A DNA stretch of 64,000 nucleotides, taken from NCBI RefSeq assembly GCF_902652985.1, contig NC_047025.1, positions 17,608,001 to 17,672,000 on the forward strand, read 5' to 3'. The translations under genes were made by a program, and so were the position numbers. The notes beneath the pieces are model-generated. The model was not told where the DNA came from, did no database searches, and was given only the letters and a program-made list of their open reading frames with translations. The stretch is from Pecten maximus. Lineage: Eukaryota. Shown here piece after piece: positions 42,701 through 60,600 of the stretch. Each line of letters starts with the position of its first letter. Within the stretch, counting starts at the first letter, position 1.

Positions 42701-45700
42701 TAGATGTATTATAATGACTGAAAATGAAGTATTTTATTGATATTTTGTACAGTGCTTTACTCAGAAATCCAGCAATAACTGTTAAATATACATTATACCA
42801 TTTCAGACACTAGTTGGAGAAACTAGCTGTATAGTTTGTAACTCCATGTACTATAAAACTGAACATTTGACATTGTAATAATAAAGCCATATGCTGTAGT
42901 TAATTAGGTATTCCGTACATGTCAACTTGTTTAGTCCATCTTATAGTATAAAACTTAGTGCTGTATGAAAGTTTTGTTTTTCAAAGATAAAATGATGTAT
43001 GATTATTTGTCCTAGATCAGACAAGGGTACCAGTTTGAGGGAGAAGTATTGTATTTCATTGACAGTCAGGGCGTAGTTATGGGACTCCTGAAGAAGAAGA
43101 CAGTGTGGTGAGGCTATAGTTATCGTATTTCCGCTCTATATCTAATTATTACTTAATCATCCAAAACACTAGTCCCAAACACTGGCTTCTCATCCTTCCC
43201 AGTACAGAGACAAAACACTAGTTCTAAACACCAGCTTCTCATCCTTCACAGTACAGAGACAAAACACCAATCCCAAACACCGGCTTCTCATCCTTCCCAG
43301 TACAGAGACAAATTACTAGTCCAAAACACTAGTCCAAAACACCTGCTTCTCATCCTTCCCAGTACAGAGACAAATCACTAGTCCAAAACACTGGCTTCTC
43401 ATCCTTCCCAGTACAGAGACAAAACAAAGGATGAGAAGTCGGTGTTTGGGACTAGCGTTTTGTCTCTGTACTGGGAAGGATTAGAAGCTGGTTTTAGGGA
43501 CTAATATTTTGTCTCTGTACTGGGAAGGATGACAAGCCGGTGTTTGGGACTAGTGTTTTGTCTCTGTACTAGGAAGGATGGAAGCAGGTGTTTAGAACTA
43601 TTGTTTTACCAAATTGATGGTCTTTTTTTGTGAAATTATTTTTAACATGCTGTTTTTAATTTATTTTCAATTGATAGGTATGTTTCCATACCATAAGAAC
43701 ATTGTCAGTGATGTGGTACACTAATTACCTTAATTGTTTTAATGAAAATAAAATAAAAAATCAAATGAAAACACTTATTTGATTCCAGGTATATCATGTG
43801 TAGAGCAGTCAGGGAAAAACTCCGAGCTGCCTGTATCTCTCAGTCTAAATACAGGGAACAATTCACCATCAACAGAGTACTGAAAAAGGTAGGACCACTT
43901 GATGGTGTTAACTTCATTATTAATTGTGTAGAAATGTACTCCTGTCTTATTATGGCTATTCCAGAATTATCTCTGTGGGAGGGGAGGGAGGCACTGACAT
44001 TAGGGCTATTCCAGAATTATCTCTGTGGGAGGGGAGGGAGGCACTGACATTAGGGCTATTCCAGAATTATCTCTGTGGAAGGGGAGGGAGGCACTGACAT
44101 TAGGGCTATTCCAGAATTATTTCTGTGGGAGGGGTGGAAGGTACTGACATTAGGGCTATTCCAGAATTATCTCTGTGGGAGGGGAGGGAGGTACTGACAT
44201 TAGGGCTATTCCAGAATTATCTCTGTGGGAGGGGTGGGAGGCACTGACATTAGGGCTATTCCAGAATTATCTCTGTTGGAGGGGTGGGAGGCACTGACAT
44301 TAGGGCTATTCCAGATTTATCTCTGTGGGAGGGGAAGGAGGCACTGACATTAGGGCTATTCCAGAATTATCTCTGTGGGAGGGGAGGGAGGCACTGACAT
44401 TAGGGCTATTCCAGAATTATCTCTGTTGGAGGGGAGGGAGGCACTGACATTAGGGCTATTCCAGAATTATCTCTGTGGGAGGGGAGGGAGGCACTGACAT
44501 TAGGGCTATTCCAGAATTATCTCTGTTGGAGGGGAGGGAGGCACTGATATTAGGGCTATTCCAGAATTATTTCTGTTGGAGGGATGGGAGTAAAGTGCTG
44601 TTTTTCTAATATTCCTTTTACTAAATTAGGTTTTGTATTTGAATGGGGATGGGGTGTCTCCCCTCCCACACAGATAATTTTGGAACAGCTCTTGATTATT
44701 GCTGGAGCATACCAAACAAATGATTCAATCAATCAATTTTAACTCTGACCAAATAGAAATTCTGAAACTATGTTCCAATTCCATTAACTTTTCAACAAAC
44801 TATGTTCTATTCCATTAACTGTTTGTCAAATTAAGATCTATTCCAGAAACTGTTCATCAAAATAATATTATTATGGTCTATTCCATAAACTGTGCATCTA
44901 ACTATGGGCAAACCATAAACTGTTCATCAAATTAAGATCTATTCCAGAAACTGTTCATCAAAATAATATTATTATGGTCTATTCCATAAACTGTGCATCC
45001 AACTATGGGCAAACCATAAACTGTTCATCAAATTATGGTCTATTCCATAAACTGTTCATTAAACTTTGGTGTATTTCATAAGCCGTTCATAAAACTATGG
45101 TCTATTTCATAAACTGTTCATTAAACTTTGGTGTATTCCATAAACCGTTCATAAAACTATGGTCTATTCCATAAACTGTTCATTAAAGTTCTTGTATCTT
45201 CCATCAAGTGAAATAGTGAGATTACTGTTTTACAGGTAGAGAAGAGGATGAGGGAGATACAAAAATGGCTGGCTCTAGATGATGAAGTAATCGACTTCTG
45301 GAATGTAAATAGTATATCTCAAATTCTATAGCAATGCAATGAGTGAGCTTGGTTAAGAAAATTAAATCCAATCATGGAAAGCAATCTGGATTATTAACTT
45401 TAATTAATAAGAAATAAACAAGATATGAATACAGCTTATCATTTTAAAAACTAAAATCTGTAATCAGCATATGTGCTTTACATAATATCAAAAGATTGAA
45501 TCTTTCATATCTTAAACAGACTCTTGGTGGCAAGTTCTTGCAGTGGACATTGAAGAAATTTGAAGAAGGTTCCATTACAAAGGATGAAATAGCCGACAAA
45601 TTCCCTGTTGTTTGGTAATTATATTTTGTTTCTGTAATGAATGGTTTGATAACAACACTTCAGAATAGACTGTACCTGTATAAAACATGTAGTATGAATC

Positions 45701-46649
45701 CATGATGTTCAAGGATAGTGTTCATTTACCATGGGTAACTAGGAATTGGTTGCCAGAAGAGCATACAATAATTCTGATGTTCCTTACATGCTGGGTATCT
45801 AAAATTTATGTGTGGATACATTTCTGGAAGAATTGTGTCACATACCAAAAGTTAATTGCTCTGACCTGTGATGTGACCTTCTCTTCTTGGGAAGACTAGT
45901 AAAAGAAGGTCACCATGACCTGTTTTAATCTATAAAAAAAAGTCTCCAGATTTTATCTTTAAGGGATTGTGTATACATAGGTACGTCTTGGAAGACTCTG
46001 TGTCATGTACAAGCGTCGGATTAATGTGACTTATATGTTTAATTTTGACCTACATTAAAAGAAATATTGATGCTAAATTTTATCGAGGTGACTTAAGTGC
46101 CAAATACCTCAGTATGTAAAATGATGGCATGTCATCCTGCAACCTCCACATTTATCATTTATATAAGTAATGATCTGTGATACCATGTTATATTATGATT
46201 GTATTGAAGGAAGAATTTAAATCATTTCCAGGAAATCATTTCTACAAAGCACACATGAATGTGATGATTATTCTGCTCTAAAGAAGAAAGGGGCAGATAA
46301 CTCTACTCATCCAGGGCGTGATGATAATCATGAGACAGGCGACAATTCAAGCTATGACAAACATTCAAATCAAACAGGGACTGACAATTTTACTGATTCT
46401 TGTGATCTGTGCGAGACAAATAGCAATTCAGAGAATGAAACCAACGGTGACAAAAGCTCAGCTGGAGTAGGGGCAGATAACTCTAATGATCCAGGGAGCT
46501 CGAGTGATACTTACGAGGAAAAAGAAAGATTAACCGATACAGCTGGTGGAACTTGTCTGACTGAGAACCGATTTTCTGTATTAGAAAATGCCATTGAAAG
46601 TAAAATGGCAGCTACAGAACTAAACAAGTGTGAAGACAGTCCTCATTGA
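36711..46649 (+). CDS. Putative ATP-dependent RNA ligase (T4 Rnl1/Trl1-like nucleotidyltransferase domain), 587 aa, 13 exons
   Basis: Exons 36711-36871, 37260-37425, 39140-39295, 39880-40018, 40318-40420, 40566-40661, 41289-41379, 42565-42642, 43016-43107, 43789-43888, 45236-45304, 45520-45614, 46232-46649; all GT-AG, phases consistent, 1764 nt with no internal stop. Motifs in order: ARGNCF..MKKF, I TRKANGE, Ia GSKN, III TGVFEILAPDHQHV, IV FEGEVLY, V LLKKKTVWY..RAVRE. The gene structure is high confidence; the function is inferred from motifs. Confidence 0.85.
37450..38810. repeat. ~36-bp minisatellite in ligase intron 2, interrupted by a SINE-like fragment at ~38180-38305
   Basis: Tandem CACAAGGTATACCTACCTGACAAAGTCTATAAACA. 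Confidence 0.95.
39400..39630. repeat. AT-rich ~28-bp tandem repeat
   Basis: AAATTAACTATACTGTGATATTTATAT units. Confidence 0.85.
41600..41830 (+). mobile_element. tRNA-derived SINE (same family as 33068-33295)
   Basis: GGGTGGCATGGTGG head and GGGTCACCTGCC...GGGTTTTC...CGGTTTCCT..ACACTAAGACC body match the reverse complement of the 33.1-kb copy. Confidence 0.65.
42180..42350 (-). mobile_element. Truncated SINE copy (same family)
   Basis: GGGAAACAAGTAATACAACTTATATTAATC...GGTCTTAGTGTGGCAGGAAACCGG...GTCGGGCAGGTGA matches 33090-33210. Confidence 0.65.
43160..43606. repeat. Inverted minisatellite: ~50-bp units forward, then reverse-complemented
   Basis: About 5 copies of CCAAACACTGGCTTCTCATCCTTCCCAGTACAGAGACAAAACACTAGT up to ~43425, then about 3.5 copies of the reverse complement. 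Confidence 0.9.
43951..44692. mobile_element. MITE whose left end is amplified into a 50-bp G-rich minisatellite (13 copies)
   Basis: Unit TAGGGCTATTCCAGAATTATCTCTGTGGGAGGGGAGGGAGGCACTGACAT; right TIR TCCCCTCCCACACAGATAATTTTGGAACAGCTCT at 44659-44692 is the near reverse complement of the unit start. Confidence 0.8.
44770..45190. repeat. Degenerate ~30-bp tandem repeat
   Basis: CTATTCCATAAACTGTTCATCAAA(A/C)TATGGT units. Confidence 0.8.
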
Positions 46650-48467
46650 TAATGATTGTCTGTAGGGCTGTTAGACACGGGTAAATACATCAACTGATCA
46701 CCATATCTGAATTGGTGTGTAGCTATTTTAATAAACTTGCTCAGTTATTTACTGTAAACTTTTAAAATTTGTATAGGAATTTATATATTTATAAGGAAGT
46801 GTACTATATTTATGTCATTTTTAACTATTAATTGTAAACATTTTGTACAACCACCAATTTTATATTTCCTGTGAAATACCATTATATAAATATGCATGGT
46901 TCTTCTGGCTTGTTTACATATTGGTCATATTTATTTAAATAAGAATTGTTTTCTGCTCTGAGGATGAAAAAAAAACCAACAAATTATTTAAGTATGAAGT
47001 GTACAGTTGTTATTTATCAAGGACAGCTGAAATGTATGACATTATCGTAGAGTTTGTATCCATTAAGACATGTTTTTCTATATAGTTATATCTGTGTTGA
47101 GTCATGATTTGATACTCGTAGTATTTATTATTTAGTAATTCAAATAATTTCTAAAATCATAGTTGAATACTTTCATGGCCTGTGTTTGGTCAGTAATATA
47201 CATTAGGTATCCAGTCCCATTTTTGTTGTAATCTGAAATTATATCATATTTATTGAAAAGTTGTACATGTAATGTTTTTTTTTTTAATTTTCAAAAATGA
47301 AATTTTAGAAATAGCAAAGCACTTAAATTCAGAGATAAAATTATATTTTTCTGTAAAAACTTCTAAAAAGTTTTTTTTCATGTTGAACAATGTACTGTAA
47401 TCATTCTGTTCAACAAAGGACTAATATACAATATAACTATTCCTGTGATATCCTGCACTTTATTGCCAGTGTCTTACACATTTATATAACATATGTACTT
47501 TTATTTTTACCGCATTTGTCAATTAATTTGATTATCTTGATTTTTTCCAAACTTGAATACTTTTAAATTTTTTAATGTATACCTTTGTTTTCCATGTTAA
47601 TTTTCAGAAATTTTATCTACTAGATTTCCCCCCCAGAATACCTTTTATCATTGTATGTTTGACTATATTCTTATTACATACTTTTTCAAATGTTACATAC
47701 AGTTTTAATATTTATTGCCTCCAAGGAGAACTAATAGCACTCTAGTTTGATATGAAGATACATATATTAATCACTAAAACTACTTTTCTCTGTTTCAGCT
47801 TTAATAAATAGAGGATATTTTGTCTATATTTTAACTATACTGTCAATCATTTGTCAAAATCATGGGGCATGAATACAATTTCAATTTTATCATTGGTTTT
47901 TCATAAAAATATTTTGGAAGTTTTAATAAGATTTCCAAACAACCTAACCAGCTCCATAATTGTGCATATGTCCCATATTTTTGAATATCCATCAAGTGAT
48001 ATGCTGACTGTACCTCAGTTATCAACATATGTGATAGAACCTTTAATATCCCCTTATCAAGATCGTACTGTAATACTGCAGACCACCATTCCGTCTGTCC
48101 ATCCACGTCAACATTAACAGACAATATCTCAAGTTCAAATAGACTGATCAAACTCGAACTTCACTCAATGCTTCCTAATTGGAGAGTTTGCTTGGGATTT
48201 CTTTGCAGGCTTAAAGGTAAAAAAGAAAAGTGAGGGAGTTTCTTGAACTAATGAACTCAAACTTAAGTTAACACAGTGCTTCCCTACCAACACACAGAAA
48301 ATTTATTTTGGTCGATAATGAGAATTCCCTTATACAGATCTTGTTAAGATTGCCATCATTTCTGCACAATTAAGTTCAAGTGGACAAAATCTGTCCACAT
48401 TTAGGTATTTAACATGTATAGTCAAATTACGATACAACAATTCATCCCCGCTATGAGTCAATTACTT

Positions 48468-48636
48468 CATAGTATGGTACAATTTGTCTCAGAGCTGTAG
48501 GTCAGTCCAACTTAGTATGGTACAATTTGATAGAGCTGTACATGTGGGTCAGTCCAATTTAGTATGGTACGATTTGAAAGAGCTGTGGGTCAGTCCACTT
48601 TAGTATGGTACAATTTGATAGAGCTGTAGGTCAGTC
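48468..48636. repeat. ~40-bp tandem repeat (4 copies)
   Basis: TAGTATGGTACAATTTGATAGAGCTGTAGGTCAGTCCAA. Confidence 0.8.
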
Positions 48637-49769
48637 ATGATCATACATTCTGGTATATAAGGTCCCACAATACTTGCATTAACAGCTTATGGTTATCCTT
48701 TGTAAGCTTTTCAATTTCCCTCAGTTTTCAGCTACTGGTATCCATCTCTCACCAATGGAGATGAGACACAGTTCAAAACTCATATTGCAAACTTAAATAA
48801 AACTTTCAAACTTCATATAATGTCTTTGTGATTTTTGATGTTGAGAATTTAAAGGTGAGATATATGCATATTGATATCCACAGGGCCTTGGCACAAATGA
48901 TAAATTCTAAATTGCTGTCCATATCATATATGGACCATATAAGCCTGGTATCTGGCATTCACTGGAAATATGTTATATTTCCACTGGAAATATGTTATAT
49001 TTCACTGTTGTTTGGTAAACAAACAAGATCATAATTAACCGGTATTAGGTTTCAACTTTATAACATAATATTCTTCATGATTTTAGGTTTTTTTTCACAA
49101 ATATTCTTATCTAATGAATTTTAATTTCTTTTACAATCATTTAAAAATTTCACCAAAATCAATCAAATGTACAATGTCATATTTATTCAATGATGTTTAT
49201 TATTAACAGAAATATATATAATACAATCATATGGATGATAATCTGGTGTGCTGGTGCAGCTGTTTATTGTGTGGGCCAATGTAACCACATGGAAACTGCA
49301 AGTAATCTTCAACTGATAACATCCTTTCTATAAACCATCCTTTCTATAAACCTGCTGAATGCAATTCTTTAAGGTATCAATCATTTCCTTTTTAGCTATG
49401 TGTCAATTCTGAATTGGGCTAAGAAACTTTTTTCAAAAAGATTCAAGTAAAGCAGTTTTCTCTTTTTTTTTTCAAATTTCAAACTAAAATGATGTACTAT
49501 TCCATAAGAGCTTCTCTTCTTCTCTTTTGAGAAAACAAGAGATCATCCCAACAACCATTTGTAGGACTTCAACACATCTAAGACACAGGGCCACGTCACA
49601 TACCAGGAGTGATTTTAAATGCTTATTGCCAAATATTTTAAGTAGACAGAAGTCTATTGTATCTGGCTAATATGTAGCTCCACTGCGTCTTTCCTCATAG
49701 TAAAAGAGCACTATTTATGATGAAATAGCACTATGACATATCACTCTTTTTAACTTAAGTTTACAACTT

Positions 49770-57294
<7,525 letters not shown>

Positions 57295-57676
57295 TTGTAA
57301 CCGGCGTTGTAATTCACTGTCGATGACTCTTCAACTTTCCGACAATGGCGTAAGGCGTGCTTCCGGTGTTTTCCCGGAAGTCAGAAATATTAATGCATTT
57401 ATTTCCACATTTTATCCTGATGACATTTAGTTATCTTACATTTTATTTCTGATAAAGTAGGATTTATAATTACAATCCCGCCGCTTTATGGCTTTCCTAA
57501 TCCAGATGTAGGAAAAATTAAAAGTAAACATGCTGTGATCTATTTTGTTAGGTGCTTGACAGGAAGTGGCGGAAGCCAGTTTACTTATTGTTGACAGCTG
57601 CTAAGCAATCCAGGATGCAGACGAATTTTACTACAGATGCTTGGTAAACAAGATCCGCGTTTTTTATTCGGGAATA
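57295..57676. promoter_or_regulatory. Bidirectional promoter between PSMD7 and the coiled-coil gene
   Basis: Start codons diverge ~380 bp apart; ETS-type motifs CTTCCGG (~57360), CCGGAAGT (~57374), CAGGAAGTG and GCGGAAG (~57560-57575). Confidence 0.65.
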
Positions 57677-60600
57677 ATGAGTCATGACAAAAATGAAGAT
57701 GACAGGGAAAGAATCCCACGAGAAAAGTTACATGATCAAAACGAGCAGTTAACGCAGAAACACGTACAGACTTTACAATTCGTGCAGGAAATTGCACGTG
57801 AAAACAAGGCACTGAAAGCTACAATCGCTGAATATGAGGTAAGGACCAACTTCATATAGCCATGTGTGGCTGGATTCATTTATTACATTAAAAGCTAATT
57901 AAAGAAACTTATACAAAATAAGTGAACCCTGCGAACGTGATCGAGGAGTCGATCGCTACATCTAAAGTGTAGCTCTAGTCCTGGCACATGCATTGTGCTG
58001 CATCCTAGATACTCTGTTGTGGCCCAGTCAACTCATTACGTGTAAGTCATTAGCGCCGAATGACACCTCCAGGTGAACTCATCAGAGAGTTGAGAAAGGC
58101 CCTATAAGAAAACGACAGATACTAATTTGTGAACCGCTTTGGGGCAGCGCTAGCCTAGCACAGATTATTATTGGTATACCATAAAACAGTATGTTAAATA
58201 AATCTGAAGAAGAACTTATTACAAGGAATCACTAGAAATTATATGATGTGGTAGGCGATCCAGTCAATTTTCTGTGTTTTGAATGCAGCTGGTTGGTAAA
58301 AGTGGTTTGGAGGAATGAGTAGAGCTTTCCTTATAATGCTATCAAAAGTTGTTTTTAATTTTGTATAGAGTGATGAGGCGTTGGTCTTTTCTGTTGGCTA
58401 CAAATTTAAGGTGTTAAGCATGTCACCAACACTGAATGTATGACCAGATCATCTCCTAGTCTGGCTATGACATCACAGTCTGTATACATTTTACAAACAA
58501 AATTATCTCATGAGAGCTATTATTGCGACAAACATATTTGCATATACGGTAATTAGATATCTGAACAACAACAAGGTATATATAATATCAAGTTTAAACA
58601 GATTTCACCTTTTACATAATTAGATTGTAAGTCAATTTTAGTTCAAAAATGAATGCTAACATTAAAACACTCAGTGGCTAAATTAGATATAGGTTAAAAC
58701 ACTATCAGAACATGTGTAATTATACTAATAAAGAAAAGGGTAAAATTTGACAGACTGTATACTGATATACATATATTGAATTGAAAATATAATGAAGAAT
58801 TTAACGATCCAACATCTCTGTAGTGATCATGATCGATTGAAAACGTTGCACTATTACTGCCTTGGCTTCCAAATGTTTGAATTTCTAATTTTATCTTTTA
58901 AATTAAAGCAGATCAATAATTAATTGAATCCCAAAGAAATTTGTGTTCTGTCTCTATATTTTGTAAATTTGTCTTATAAGCAATACTCATTGCAATGCTG
59001 TTATCATTTTTGGGGGGTTTCTTGATGTGAATTAGGTATACATGTATTTCTTTAAAGTGTGTATCATTTTATGCATTTTTGTGACAAAACGTGTATATCT
59101 TATCAGTGAAGTAGTATCTTTAAAAAACAATATGATTAAACATTATACAAAGCTGTTAAGTCGAAAAGATTTAAAATTACATGTGGAAATTATATTACCC
59201 GATAAACACAATCATAGCAGAAAAAAAGAGAGAAAAGCAAATTAAATAAACACTATAAGTGAAAAACAAAACTACATAATATTACAACCAACATGAGACA
59301 AAGGTACATATGTAATTGTAATATAGTAGAGAACATTGATAGCTACTATACGTGTAAATATCTGTGTCCAGTTCATGCATTCAGTTTTGTGCTGAGAAGA
59401 AAATTTCAATATTGAGAAAGGACAATGTAAAAATCATATAGGTTCTCATCTTTATACATAAAATTGGTAAGTTACTGGCCTGGAGAAGTAAAAAAACAAC
59501 AACAAACACTTCATAGAATTTATGTCTTTATTTAAAAACACAAATGTTTTCTTAATTTACCCAACAAATTATTAATTTAACATGCACTCCTTCTTTAGAA
59601 TGGATGATAATCTATTGAAATGTGTGGTAATTCTGATTGAAAGGTGATAAAACTATTGAAATGTGTGGTACTTCTGATTGAAAGGTGATAAAACTATTGA
59701 AATGTGTGGTACTTCTGATTGAAAGGTGATAAAACTATTGAAATGTGTGGTACTTCTGATTGAAAGGTGATAAAACTATTCCATATTGTACTATTTTCAA
59801 AACAAGTTCTGGATAATGTTTGATGACTGCTGTATCTTAAAATATTTATAAGATAAGGAATAATAGACAGGGTTATTATCAATAGTTGTGTATTTGTTTT
59901 TGCTTTGATGGCGCATCCAGGTTGTAAGAGTTGCATTCACGACATGTTTGAAAGGTTGTCATTGTCTGTTTCTGAAGTGTATGTCGGTAGTCTTCCACTC
60001 AATGGTTTATTAATGTGTAGGACACATTTCTAACAATAATGGTGTGGTAAGTGTTCTATAATAGTGATGTCTTACCAAGGTCTTTATGTGGGGGTGTTTA
60101 CTGTTTTTTAGGTTCGAAGGAAGTTTAAGTATATCTTATTGAAGGACAAATAGCTATAACTATACTTGTATTTCAACAGTCATTTTTCAAACTGTTATTG
60201 TTTTGTTTGTTAATTTTTATATGTAAATTTTAATGATTTGGGAATATTTCATACTATTATTTCAAAACATCCCAATGGAAGTTTTATTTTTGTTATTTGT
60301 GAAAAACTAATCTTGTGATGTAACAATTGACCTCTTTACAAATTTTGTCCCAAGCAAGTTATTCCATTGATATAATAGAAGAATATAAGATTTCTATCTG
60401 AAATGTTTGGAGTCGTTGTGATTGTACACATGCAAAATTTGACTAGTTTTGAAGCAGAAGTAGATTTTCTTTGGATACGTAATCAAGGCTATCATTATTG
60501 AATGGTATCTACGCTATCATTAACATTTCAGAAAGAAAAGGAGAAATGCAAGGAAATCCATGCCATTGCGGAGGAGAGTCAGACAAGGCTCAAACAGATG

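Noticed and set aside
39900-43107. DNA ligase or mRNA capping enzyme identity for the 36711 gene
   Set aside because: Motif Ia (SK), ARG..KF before motif I, KxNG, and no evident OB domain or motif VI fit the Rnl1/Trl1 branch better.
57320-57335. NFE2L1/ARE-type proteasome element (ATGACTCTTC) upstream of PSMD7
   Set aside because: Lacks the GC of TGAnnnnGC; too weak to call.
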